This document shows, one piece after another, positions 1 through 8,817 of a DNA stretch of 64,000 nucleotides; positions within the stretch are counted from its first letter, which is position 1; each line of letters begins with the position of its first letter. The stretch is from the IMG/VR virus record IMGVR_UViG_3300020392_000009, positions 1 to 64,000 of that record. One strand, written 5' to 3'. The notes below the pieces were generated by a model that was not told the DNA's origin, ran no database searches, and saw only the letters and a program-made list of their open reading frames with translations. The stretch comes from a virus. The position numbers and the translations under genes were made by a program.

Positions 1-6
1 AGGGTT

Positions 7-330
7 ATGACTAATAAAACTATGAATGCTATAGGAACTATAGAAACTTTAGATAAGAAGGTTGCAGAACTTTCAACATCAATTGATGTATTACATAGCA
101 CGATTGCAGTTGAAGTCCAACACCAAATAACTAAAGGACTTGAGCCAATTATAGAGAAACTGATAGAGGAAAAGAATAAAGAATTAAAAGACATTATTAT
201 TTCTTCTATGACTAAAGCACAGAAAGCCCAAGAAGAAGTTAAAGAATTAACTAAACTAATGAAAGGTTATAAAAGTTCTAACACAAGAATGAAAAACAAA
301 ATAAAAGAATTTGAGGAGAAATTAAAATGA
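7..330 (+). CDS. hypothetical coiled-coil protein
   Basis: 107 aa ORF, heptad-like K/E/L-rich; stop overlaps next start (ATGA). Confidence 0.6.
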   Translation: MTNKTMNAIGTIETLDKKVAELSTSIDVLHSTIAVEVQHQITKGLEPIIEKLIEEKNKELKDIIISSMTKAQKAQEEVKELTKLMKGYKSSNTRMKNKIKEFEEKLK

Positions 331-491
331 AATATACAAAATATGTAACAGCCAAAATAGAATATGATAATGATGAAACTTGGGAGGAAACTGAAAAAGA
401 CATCAATGATATAATAGAAATGCTAACTAACTTAAAGCGTAGAGCAACTATTATTGAAATAAAACAAGGAGCGAATAATTATGGTGAATGA
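327..491 (+). CDS. small hypothetical protein (54 aa, MKYTKYVTAK...)
   Basis: Read by hand; ATGA-coupled to upstream ORF and preceded by GAGGAG. Confidence 0.55.
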   Translation: MKYTKYVTAKIEYDNDETWEETEKDINDIIEMLTNLKRRATIIEIKQGANNYGE

Positions 492-855
492 CGATATTTT
501 CAAATGTGATTCTCACACTACTAAGGGAGAGCCTTGTAGGAGTTTAACTCATATAATGATACCAAGCAAAAACGGAGAGCCACCTAGTAAAATTAGATGT
601 AATTTTTGCCATATGCATTGTCCCCACCATCAGCAATTCCAAGAAATGAAAGAAACTCTAATTTCATTAGTTTCTATTCTTTTTGGAATCAAGGGTAGTA
701 GAAGTGTATTCAATAGCATTTGGATGCTTTCTCCTGCCACAGAATACTCTCATGTAGACTACAGTAGTTTTATGGAATCATGTGATGATTTAATAGAACA
801 CTTAAAGGAAATAAAAGAAGAGGTAGATAGTCATGTCAATGATGGACAAAACTAA
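481..855 (+). CDS. Cys/His-rich putative Zn-binding protein
   Basis: C-x9-C ... CNFCHMHCPHH; GGAG upstream. Confidence 0.55.
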   Translation: MVNDDIFKCDSHTTKGEPCRSLTHIMIPSKNGEPPSKIRCNFCHMHCPHHQQFQEMKETLISLVSILFGIKGSRSVFNSIWMLSPATEYSHVDYSSFMESCDDLIEHLKEIKEEVDSHVNDGQN

Positions 856-967
856 CGAACTCCTTGAAGAATTACTCGCTATGATTGCTAAGAGCAATAA
901 AATATTAATGATGGTAAATATTGTAAACATAGCGACCATCATAACGATAATAACGGTGATAATATGA
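839..967 (+). CDS. small protein with C-terminal hydrophobic helix (42 aa)
   Basis: Read by hand: MMDKTNELLEE...ILMMVNIVNIATIITIITVII; ATGA-coupled to next ORF. Confidence 0.5.
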   Translation: MMDKTNELLEELLAMIAKSNKILMMVNIVNIATIITIITVII

Positions 968-1185
968 ATAATGAAGATAAGAAAGAAAAAGAAATAAAGC
1001 AATTGAAGTATAAAATAGAAGTATTAGAGGAAAGAATTGAAGGCTTAGAAAAAGACTTGGATTCTATCGTAGAGAACAGCCCCGACTTTGGAATGATAAA
1101 ATATTGCATTGAAGAATTACAAGAAGTAGTTGCCAATATACACAACCAACCCGTCGGAATCTTATTTACCCGCTTAAAGAAGTGA
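964..1185 (+). CDS. hypothetical coiled-coil protein
   Basis: 73 aa ORF, GGTGA RBS. Confidence 0.55.
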   Translation: MNNEDKKEKEIKQLKYKIEVLEERIEGLEKDLDSIVENSPDFGMIKYCIEELQEVVANIHNQPVGILFTRLKK

Positions 1186-1189
1186 TAGT

Positions 1190-2074
1190 ATGAAAGTAGT
1201 TTATGGCCATACAGATTCTATTTATGTTCAAGTAGATTCGGTAGCGAAAGCACAGATGATTTGTGTAGATATTCAGGACAGTGTAAGAAAGCATTTTCCT
1301 AATGTTATGGGATTAGAGCAACACCCAGTTGTATTAGAGTTTGAAAAATACTATTCGGCACTAGGTGTTGGCACAACTAAAAATAGAAACGCAGGAATGA
1401 TTACTTGGAAAGATGGTGAATGGTTAGATGAAGCCGAATTTGTTATGACCGGATTTACTGCTAAAAGAGTTAGTGAAACAAAGTTAGCCAAAGAGGTTCA
1501 AACAGAGGTTTTGAAGTGGTGGGTGTCTCAAGAAACATTAGAGCAGATTAATTCTAAACTAAGTAGCACTTTTAATGATGTTCTTAGTGGTAATTATCCA
1601 CTGGAGAATGTAATTAAAAGAAGTAGACTGAGAGAAGATAGGTTTACAGTGAGATGTCCTCAATGTAAAACTAAGTATGATTTAAGAGAAATGGAAGAAC
1701 TGAAATACTGTAAAAAATGTAGTGTTAGTCCTTCTAAGTTTAGAACATTAGAAGATAGAAATCCTAGTATTGGTTCAGGAATAGCGGGTGTAATTTATGC
1801 TTGCCAAAGCAATTCCAACACCTTTGATGACTCTTATCTTTATCTAAAGGTAATAAGTAAAGAAACATTTACTCATCCTCTGACTAAAGAGAACAAACAA
1901 GTTCAGTATTTAGCAGGTTCTAATTACAAAGACTTTGAGGGTTCTTTACCGGACTGGAAGCACTATGCGGAGCAAGTCGTTAAAAAAGCAGAACCTATTT
2001 ATCGAGCGATGGATTGGGATATATCTAACATAAGAACAGGAACAATACAGAAAACATTAGGAGACTGGTTTTAA
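1190..2074 (+). CDS. polB: family B DNA polymerase, C-terminal subunit of a split PolB (motif C palm + thumb, Zn-finger insert, PIP box)
   Basis: Begins at motif C (YGHTDS for YGDTDS); LEFEKYY, GFTAKR thumb motifs; CPQC..CKKC; C-terminal QKTLGDWF PCNA-binding box. Confidence 0.9.
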   Translation: MKVVYGHTDSIYVQVDSVAKAQMICVDIQDSVRKHFPNVMGLEQHPVVLEFEKYYSALGVGTTKNRNAGMITWKDGEWLDEAEFVMTGFTAKRVSETKLAKEVQTEVLKWWVSQETLEQINSKLSSTFNDVLSGNYPLENVIKRSRLREDRFTVRCPQCKTKYDLREMEELKYCKKCSVSPSKFRTLEDRNPSIGSGIAGVIYACQSNSNTFDDSYLYLKVISKETFTHPLTKENKQVQYLAGSNYKDFEGSLPDWKHYAEQVVKKAEPIYRAMDWDISNIRTGTIQKTLGDWF

Positions 2075-2967
2075 TGAATTATGAAAACGAAATTAAGAAT
2101 ATGAAACAATATACCTATAAATGGAATCCCGAAAATTATGATAAACCAAATGAGCCAATATTGAAGGTTAGTAAATCTTCATTGGGTTCTTTTGATTGGT
2201 GTCCTAAAAAATATGAATTCAATTACATACAAAGATTACCTCAAGATACCACAGAAGCCATGCTAAAAGGAACTGTATTACATAATCATAGAGAAGATTT
2301 CTTCAATGTTTTTGATATCAAGAAAGCCAACACCATGAGCGAACATGAAATACTAGAGTATTGCACTAGTCTTATGCCAATAGATGACTACTACGACATA
2401 TCATTAACCGTAGCCGCATTTGAAGCGCAGAGATTTATTGATGCTAGAAAAGAGAACAAAGTTCATGAGTATTTACCTGCTGTAAATGAAGGGATGTTTG
2501 ATGCTGAAATAACAGTCGAAGCAAACTGGAATGAAAAGTTTCCTCTAAGTAGAGATTATATTATACATATTCAAGGCATTATTGATAGAATATTTGTAGA
2601 AGATAATAAGATTATACTCTTTGAATATAAGACAGGTGGATGGAAAGACTACAAAGCAACTAGCATGCGTAAAGAAATGGCCTTCTATCAATTACTATTA
2701 GAAAGTGCTAGTGATGTTGTATTAGAGAAATATGGATTAAGTAGAGATATGGAGGTTACTCATTGGGGCTGGTATTATCCGGTATCTAATCATGTTCAAG
2801 TTGAACCAATTAAAAAAAGAAGTATGACATCGGTAAAAAACAACCTTGCTAGGCTGATTCATGCCTATGAACAAGACCATTTTTCTACAAAGTATTTTTA
2901 CAAGACTTGCGCTCATTGCAGTTACTTTGGTATTTGTGATGGTAATATGGAGAGTTGGATAGCATGA
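2074..2967 (+). CDS. Cas4-like / PD-(D/E)XK exonuclease with Fe-S cysteines
   Basis: WCPKK, GTVLH, GIIDRI, EYKTG, and C-terminal CAHCSYFGIC (1+3 Cys arrangement). Confidence 0.85.
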   Translation: MNYENEIKNMKQYTYKWNPENYDKPNEPILKVSKSSLGSFDWCPKKYEFNYIQRLPQDTTEAMLKGTVLHNHREDFFNVFDIKKANTMSEHEILEYCTSLMPIDDYYDISLTVAAFEAQRFIDARKENKVHEYLPAVNEGMFDAEITVEANWNEKFPLSRDYIIHIQGIIDRIFVEDNKIILFEYKTGGWKDYKATSMRKEMAFYQLLLESASDVVLEKYGLSRDMEVTHWGWYYPVSNHVQVEPIKKRSMTSVKNNLARLIHAYEQDHFSTKYFYKTCAHCSYFGICDGNMESWIA

Positions 2968-3206
2968 AGTTACAATTTGATAACGGTATCGCTAATATCG
3001 AATATGATATTTCTCCTAGCGGAGATAAATTTGCTAGAGTTAAACTAAGCACAGATAATAAAAAAATAGATAATTTATTTTCTGAGGTTAGTGATTGGGT
3101 AAAAACTCAAAAGATTGATGGCGAAGATTGTGAACATACTGTGCTACTTATGAAGCATAAAGAACCTTATATGGTTGTATTCAAGAAGGTGATGATTGAT
3201 GGATGA
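2964..3206 (+). CDS. hypothetical protein
   Basis: ATGA-coupled ORF in replication operon. Confidence 0.55.
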   Translation: MKLQFDNGIANIEYDISPSGDKFARVKLSTDNKKIDNLFSEVSDWVKTQKIDGEDCEHTVLLMKHKEPYMVVFKKVMIDG

Positions 3207-3564
3207 ATTAATTATAAACAAAGTCCTTTCTAAAGATTGGACTTTTCAAGAAATTGCACAACTTCACGGAACTATTGATTCCTTGTCAAATGAAGTGGTA
3301 AGTGAGATATCTCTACAAGAGAGATTTGACCTTATCAAAGAGTTACGGATAAAGGATAATCATGTAGGTATGCCTATAGAACAAGTAATATCAGAGTTAG
3401 TCCTAGTTAGTGTAAAAGTAGAAGTGGCGGAAAAAATAAGAATAATGCTTAATAAAGCAACAGTAAATTTTGGAGGTAATAAAAATGAAGTTTCCGAGAG
3501 AGATGTGGGCGGGAAGTCACATAAAAAACGCACCACAGATGAAAAGAATAATAGTGAGGAATAA
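3199..3564 (+). CDS. hypothetical protein
   Basis: AGGTGA RBS; overlaps neighbours. Confidence 0.55.
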   Translation: MDELIINKVLSKDWTFQEIAQLHGTIDSLSNEVVSEISLQERFDLIKELRIKDNHVGMPIEQVISELVLVSVKVEVAEKIRIMLNKATVNFGGNKNEVSERDVGGKSHKKRTTDEKNNSEE

Positions 3565-4519
3565 GAATCAATTTCAAAGATTCGTTGCTTCACATAATGG
3601 CAAAGCCAATGTCTATACTACAGTCTATGACTTTGAGGAGTTTAGTGAAACTGCTAAGGTTGATTCGTCTGTAATATTAAATAGAATATTCTTTGATTTC
3701 GATGCACATGAAGATGAACTGGCTGAAGCGTGGGAAGATACTAAATGTATGATTACTTTTCTTGAAGATGCAAACTACAACTTATTCTTCTCCGGTAGAG
3801 GCTTTCATTTATTCGTGCATGGTGAACCTACTGATACTATAAGAAATATTCAGTTCTACTTTAGAAAGGCTAAGAACTATCTAGAAAGCATTAGAGGTAA
3901 AAATACCACGCTCGATGATAGAGTAGGGCAGACCACTAGACTAAGAAGAATGCCAAATACTGTTAATATGTCGGCAACTAACAACAAAGGAGAAATGTTA
4001 TTCTGTATTCCCTTATGTGAAGATGACTTAGACTTAACTATTGAAGAACTACTAGTCCTTGCTACTAAACCTAGAAGCCCTACTAAAAAGATAAATGGAA
4101 GCAGAAGAATAATATTTCCCATATCCCCTCCATTGAGGGAAATTGAAGGTGAGGTAAATGTTCCTAAAACAATAGGCTCAATGCCTATATTGCCTTGCTT
4201 GTATAATGCAATAATGACAGAAAACCCATCTCATCTATCTAGGGCATATCTAGTGTCTTGGTATCGAGACTTAATCTCAGGCTATCAAGATTTGAAAACT
4301 ATGCAAGACAAAGAAGATACCTTGAATTTAATAGTGGATGAACTGGAAAGAGTATTTGCTTCTTCCCAAGATGTATGGTTAGATTGGGATAAAATTACAA
4401 CTAAAAATCACGCCAAGTTCACCGTTTATGGAAACTATAACACCCCCCATTGTGATAAGTTAATTAACGAAGGATTGTGTATAGGAAAGTGTTGGAGGTA
4501 TTCTAGTGCTAGTAATTGA
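3485..4519 (+). CDS. archaeo-eukaryotic primase: PriS-like catalytic domain fused to a PriL-like Cys-containing C-terminal domain
   Basis: FFDFD (motif I), SGRGFH (motif II), DDRV..TTRLRRMPNT (motif III); LPC...PHCDKL...CIGKC. Confidence 0.85.
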   Translation: MKFPREMWAGSHIKNAPQMKRIIVRNKNQFQRFVASHNGKANVYTTVYDFEEFSETAKVDSSVILNRIFFDFDAHEDELAEAWEDTKCMITFLEDANYNLFFSGRGFHLFVHGEPTDTIRNIQFYFRKAKNYLESIRGKNTTLDDRVGQTTRLRRMPNTVNMSATNNKGEMLFCIPLCEDDLDLTIEELLVLATKPRSPTKKINGSRRIIFPISPPLREIEGEVNVPKTIGSMPILPCLYNAIMTENPSHLSRAYLVSWYRDLISGYQDLKTMQDKEDTLNLIVDELERVFASSQDVWLDWDKITTKNHAKFTVYGNYNTPHCDKLINEGLCIGKCWRYSSASN

Positions 4520-5195
4520 CTCTAGAGAAAAATCTCTACTTGCAGACTTAGTTAAGAAGAAGGCTAAGTCACTTAATATTAAAACAGATGTTAAGTGGAT
4601 AGAAGTAGGTGATTATGTTTACGATGATGTTTGTTTCGAGGCTAAATCAGCAGTAGATTTTCTAGGTTCAGTTCTTAGTAAAAGAATGTGGACTCAGTTA
4701 GATAATATGGATAGGTGTTATAAAAATAACATACTACTAATCTATGGTGACTTAGATAAGGCTATAATGAAAGTAATAGAAAATAGCAAAAGCAAATTAC
4801 CAATACAAGGAAGAATAAAACTATTTCACAATAAATTTCTAGGAGGCCTATCTAGAATTATATTAGATACAGATGTTAAACCTATTTGGGTAAAGTCCGA
4901 AGAAGAAGCCGCCCTCATTATTACTTCTGTTAGCAAGATAAAGCCTGTATCAAGAGATACGATACAACCACAAGTCCATAAAAGATTATCAACCGACGAC
5001 CTACGACTAGATTTACTAACTAGCATTAAAGGGGTGTCGATTAAAAAAGCAAAACTATTGATTAAAAACTTCGGTTCAATAATGGAAATAGGTGAATGTT
5101 CAGTAAGAGAACTATGCAAATTAGAAGGGTTTGGAGATACCCTTTCCAAAAGAATACTCTCCACTTTAAACTCCGAAGATAAGGTGAAAATATGA
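4506..5195 (+). CDS. ERCC4/XPF-type structure-specific endonuclease with HhH motifs
   Basis: VIDSRE, VGDYV, FEAKS; IKGVSIKKAK and LEGFGDTLS helix-hairpin-helix pair. Confidence 0.85.
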   Translation: MLVIDSREKSLLADLVKKKAKSLNIKTDVKWIEVGDYVYDDVCFEAKSAVDFLGSVLSKRMWTQLDNMDRCYKNNILLIYGDLDKAIMKVIENSKSKLPIQGRIKLFHNKFLGGLSRIILDTDVKPIWVKSEEEAALIITSVSKIKPVSRDTIQPQVHKRLSTDDLRLDLLTSIKGVSIKKAKLLIKNFGSIMEIGECSVRELCKLEGFGDTLSKRILSTLNSEDKVKI

Positions 5196-6769
5196 ATGAA
5201 AATGAAGAATATGAAATACAAGGATATCAAGAATTATATGAGGACATAGACGACTTCAAAGAGTATGATAATGCGCTTGTAGAAAGCGAGAAAGCCTACA
5301 AAGAATCTCTGCCTAAAGTAGTGTTAGACTATGTTAAATCAGCAGAAGAAGTTTCTCACTACAATGCTATACCCGCAAGCATAAGTTATTTTACTATATT
5401 AGGAAATATATGCAAAGACTTTGTGCATATCCCAAACGGTAGAAACCATGAAGATGTTAGAGTTCACTTTTGTTGGGTTCAAACTTCGGGGACTGGTAAA
5501 ACTACATTATGGAATTTTGTAGAGGGAGTATCGGATTCTGTTTTTAATAAGATAAATCAAGAAGGAACACACCCTCCCTTTATAGACCCCGATACTAAAA
5601 TAGGAGGTAAAAGATTTAGTGAAGATAATCCTAATGGATTGCCTCTAATGGATAATGATGGCTTTCCTATTAAGTTTAATACCTTTAGCGTGATAGATTA
5701 TACTGATTCTTCTTTGATTGGTAAGTTCGACCAACACATGACAGAAGAAGGAGAGAAGCAGTTTAAGCGTAGAGCCGGAGTATTGGAAGGAATGGGATTA
5801 GCGCATTGGGATGAGTTTGAATATTCTGGTATCTTCAAACAAAGTCAGCACAAAGAAAATTCGATTGTGTATCTAAATACTCTCATGAATTCACTAGCAG
5901 GCAAGGGCTGGATAATCAGTAAAGCCTTAGATTCACAAGAAGGCAGAATAATGAACTGCTATGCTATGAGGTCAGTCTTTGCTACTACTTATCCTCCTAA
6001 TAATATAAATCAAGTCATGGCAGAAAAGGGGGTTCTTCAAAGAATGCTTCTGTATATTTGGGAAGTTCCTGCATACAAACAACATGAAATGCGACTTAAG
6101 CAGTATGCAAAGTCCGGAACAATTGAAGATGTAGATACTCCCGTAGAAACTTTTTCTGATGAAATGTTCGAGATTTACAAGGAACTTAGAAAGAAATACT
6201 ATCAGAACGGCGGCAATCCCCTTTTGACAATTGAATACACTGATGAATATCGTTCTAGTTTGATGGAAGCATATAGACAGTTGCTAGGCGAAATGCGTGG
6301 AGTTCCAGAGAAAGTGACTAAGTTAGCATCTACTTTCTTATCTAGAATAATGGTAACTTTGATGAAAGTGTCTACGCTATGTTGCATAGCAGAAACATTA
6401 GAGAGAAAAGAAGAAGATAGGTTCAAGGTTACTGGAGATAATGTTCGTTCAGCAGGTCTAATTGTGCGACAATGTTATAAGACATTGTTAGAGTGGTTGG
6501 AACGAAGCCTAAGAAGTAAGAAGCCGGTATCAGCAAAAGCAGGAGAGAACTACAAAACAATGTTTACAGAAGCATATGAGGGCATGAAGAAAGATGATAA
6601 AGGCTATGTAAACAAGAAAATGTATATGTTAGAGGCTAGAAATAAATTAAAATTATCAAGGTCACAAACATATGAAGTTTACAACAAATACGGCAAAGGT
6701 TATTTTGAAGAAATTAAAGAAGGAAGAAGTTTCTATATAAGAATAAAGAAAACAGGTGATGAAGAATGA
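5192..6769 (+). CDS. MCM-like/AAA+ replicative helicase
   Basis: Walker A SGTGKT, Walker B HWDEFE, LQRM arginine finger, probable C-terminal winged helix; next to primase. Confidence 0.7.
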   Translation: MNENEEYEIQGYQELYEDIDDFKEYDNALVESEKAYKESLPKVVLDYVKSAEEVSHYNAIPASISYFTILGNICKDFVHIPNGRNHEDVRVHFCWVQTSGTGKTTLWNFVEGVSDSVFNKINQEGTHPPFIDPDTKIGGKRFSEDNPNGLPLMDNDGFPIKFNTFSVIDYTDSSLIGKFDQHMTEEGEKQFKRRAGVLEGMGLAHWDEFEYSGIFKQSQHKENSIVYLNTLMNSLAGKGWIISKALDSQEGRIMNCYAMRSVFATTYPPNNINQVMAEKGVLQRMLLYIWEVPAYKQHEMRLKQYAKSGTIEDVDTPVETFSDEMFEIYKELRKKYYQNGGNPLLTIEYTDEYRSSLMEAYRQLLGEMRGVPEKVTKLASTFLSRIMVTLMKVSTLCCIAETLERKEEDRFKVTGDNVRSAGLIVRQCYKTLLEWLERSLRSKKPVSAKAGENYKTMFTEAYEGMKKDDKGYVNKKMYMLEARNKLKLSRSQTYEVYNKYGKGYFEEIKEGRSFYIRIKKTGDEE

Positions 6770-6993
6770 TGTGGGAAAATACATTTTTAGTGTTTGAAGT
6801 TAGTAAAGGGCCGAAAGTTATAATTGAATCTCTGGATAATTATGGTAAAGAGGGTTGGGAATTGTGTTCAATGCTTCTTGTTGCAGGTAATCAGATAGTC
6901 GCTTTTCTAAAAAGAAAAGTCGGAGATGAAGAACCTAAAGAAAATAAGGAAGAACAAAAGATTGCTAAACTTTGGTCTGCTGATGGTAAGTGA
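6766..6993 (+). CDS. DUF4177-like small protein
   Basis: LDNYGKEGWELCS...FLKR pattern. Confidence 0.6.
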   Translation: MMWENTFLVFEVSKGPKVIIESLDNYGKEGWELCSMLLVAGNQIVAFLKRKVGDEEPKENKEEQKIAKLWSADGK

Positions 6994-6997
6994 TAGG

Positions 6998-7591
6998 ATG
7001 TCAGTCTTAGCACTTGACATAGAAACAAAAAATATGTCTTATGAAATAGGGGGATTCTCAAACACCCATATGTTTCAAGTATCTACTGTTGCCACTTGGG
7101 ATGGAAATACTGGAACTGTTTATGTTGATGAAAAAGTTGATTCTTTCGCTAAGTCAGGCCACATTATTAAATCTCTTAGAGAGTTAAAATATGATTTAGA
7201 TGACAGTTTTGAAAAGGGAGTCAAATTACTAGGACATAATATTGCGGCCTTTGATTTACCCATTCTTAGAGATTCTATGGATATTTACTGTATTAATAAA
7301 TTTATTAAGAATAATCAATACATAGATACTTCTAAGATTTTATTAAAGCAACATAAAGAAAGATTCCAACTAAAGAATTTAGTTAAATGCACAATGAACG
7401 ATTTTAAATTGATGGATAGTGCAGATGCGCCTAAGTTATGGAAAATGGGTCAATACGATGAAGTAGTAGAGTATTGTATGAAGGATACTCAATTAGTTTA
7501 CGACCTATGGCAGATAGGTAAGAGTCAAGGAAAAGTAAAAGCATTCTCAATAGATAAAGGAGAACACAAAGAACTGGAGGTGAATTGGTAA
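6998..7591 (+). CDS. DEDD/RNase H-like 3'-5' exonuclease
   Basis: LDIET (Exo I), GHNIAAFDL (Exo II), YCMKD (Exo III). Confidence 0.85.
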   Translation: MSVLALDIETKNMSYEIGGFSNTHMFQVSTVATWDGNTGTVYVDEKVDSFAKSGHIIKSLRELKYDLDDSFEKGVKLLGHNIAAFDLPILRDSMDIYCINKFIKNNQYIDTSKILLKQHKERFQLKNLVKCTMNDFKLMDSADAPKLWKMGQYDEVVEYCMKDTQLVYDLWQIGKSQGKVKAFSIDKGEHKELEVNW

Positions 7592-7740
7592 TGGATGGTT
7601 GGGATTGGTTCGGCCTTATTGCCTTTCTAATCGTTCTTATGCTTCTGTTCTTCGCCGCTTTTGGTGGTTCTAATATCACTGACCAAAGCGTAGAAGATTA
7701 CATGAGGCGTTTGATGCGAGAAGATAAAGGCGTTAAGTGA
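7591..7740 (+). CDS. small single-pass membrane protein (49 aa)
   Basis: Read by hand: MDGWDWFGLIAFLIVLMLLFFAAFGG...; GGAGGTGA RBS. Confidence 0.65.
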   Translation: MDGWDWFGLIAFLIVLMLLFFAAFGGSNITDQSVEDYMRRLMREDKGVK

Positions 7741-7886
7741 TGGCATTAAAAGAAGTTTGTAGATACTGTGACGAATTAACAATACCTAGAAGAATCAGAG
7801 GATTCTATTTAGGCTCGGATGAGCAAGTTAATTTATGGGAATGTAGGCATTGTTTTGTTGTTTGGTCTGATAAGACTAGGCGGTAG
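7740..7886 (+). CDS. small Zn-ribbon protein (48 aa)
   Basis: Read by hand: MALKEVCRYC...WECRHC...; TGATG coupling. Confidence 0.65.
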   Translation: MALKEVCRYCDELTIPRRIRGFYLGSDEQVNLWECRHCFVVWSDKTRR

Positions 7887-7923
7887 AGAAGAAATAAAAA
7901 TCTTCTCTACCGCCTTTTTTTTT
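7878..7923 (+). terminator. hairpin + T-tract terminator at the convergence of replication and virion modules
   Basis: Perfect 15-bp inverted repeat AGGCGGTAGAGAAGA / TCTTCTCTACCGCCT, 8-nt loop, followed by a T9 run. Confidence 0.8.
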
Positions 7924-7975
7924 GGTTTTTTAAAAATCACCAATTTTTAGATTAACAAAAAGTGAGCCTGCAAAA

Positions 7976-8110
7976 TTAATCTTTTTCATCTAGTATAATA
8001 AATCCTATATCTTCTTTTTTATCGTAAGTTAAGTAAATAATAACAAAGCCTAAAATAAAACCAACTAGAAAAAACACAAAAAGTTGGCACAAAATATAAT
8101 TTAAAATCAT
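7976..8110 (-). CDS. small single-pass membrane protein (44 aa)
   Basis: Read by hand: MILNYILCQLFVFFLVGFILGFVIIYLTYDKK...; ATGA-coupled to upstream ORF. Confidence 0.5.
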   Translation of the reverse strand: MILNYILCQLFVFFLVGFILGFVIIYLTYDKKEDIGFIILDEKD

Positions 8111-8817
8111 GTGAGTGTAATTGTTAAATCATGTGTTGCTGTGCAAGCCACCCCATCAACTGTTGCGCTTGCATCTATTCTAATAGTAAAAGTATCTCCC
8201 GCTTGTGGAGTATTACCACTTTTACCTACTAGTTCTAATTTAGGAATATAATGATTAGCAGTTCCACCGATAGCCCTAAAATTAAACATTCCATGAACAG
8301 TTGCACTAAGTCCTGTATTAAATGTCGTCGAGTCTACTTGGTTAGCATTAGTAATCACATTTTGAACCATGATGACTATAGAATTGCTTACTGATGATGA
8401 AACTAAGCCTTTATTAACTGAACCACTAGAAGCATTAACTCTAACTTCAGGATTACTGATGCTAGAGCCATTATGTCTAATAACACATCCGATAGCAAAA
8501 CGAGCCTCAGTGCTTTGTAAAGAACTAGTCCCGTTAAAATAAGCATTAGCCTCTAAATCGGTAGCCGAAATATTTTGATTTTGAGTTGTTCTTGTTGGAG
8601 AAGATGCAGTTCCAAATGTCGAAGTTGAGCCATCGAAAATACCCGTTGAAGTTCCATCAAAGGCAAGAGTATTTTCATTATAGACTCCAAACTTAACAGC
8701 GTTATTGAAATTACCTGTAGCCGCAGTTGCTATTGTAATAGCAGGAGTTACACCTCCACCGGCATTAGCCTCTCTTTCAGCACAAGAACCTGCAATAGCG
8801 AGATAAATGATAATCAC
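8107..8817 (-). CDS. putative tail-fibre-associated/receptor-binding protein
   Basis: G/S/T/N-rich beta-type composition, directly downstream of tail fibre; GTG start overlapping upstream stop. Confidence 0.5.
   Translation of the reverse strand: MIIIYLAIAGSCAEREANAGGGVTPAITIATAATGNFNNAVKFGVYNENTLAFDGTSTGIFDGSTSTFGTASSPTRTTQNQNISATDLEANAYFNGTSSLQSTEARFAIGCVIRHNGSSISNPEVRVNASSGSVNKGLVSSSVSNSIVIMVQNVITNANQVDSTTFNTGLSATVHGMFNFRAIGGTANHYIPKLELVGKSGNTPQAGDTFTIRIDASATVDGVACTATHDLTITLT

Noticed and set aside
1190-2074. PolB pseudogene
   Set aside because: Frame intact, catalytic Asp and PIP box retained, and translationally coupled to the next gene; better explained as a split-polymerase subunit
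2074-2967. Cas4-like gene as evidence of a CRISPR-Cas system
   Set aside because: No other cas genes and no repeat-spacer array; solo Cas4-like nucleases are common in archaeal virus replication modules
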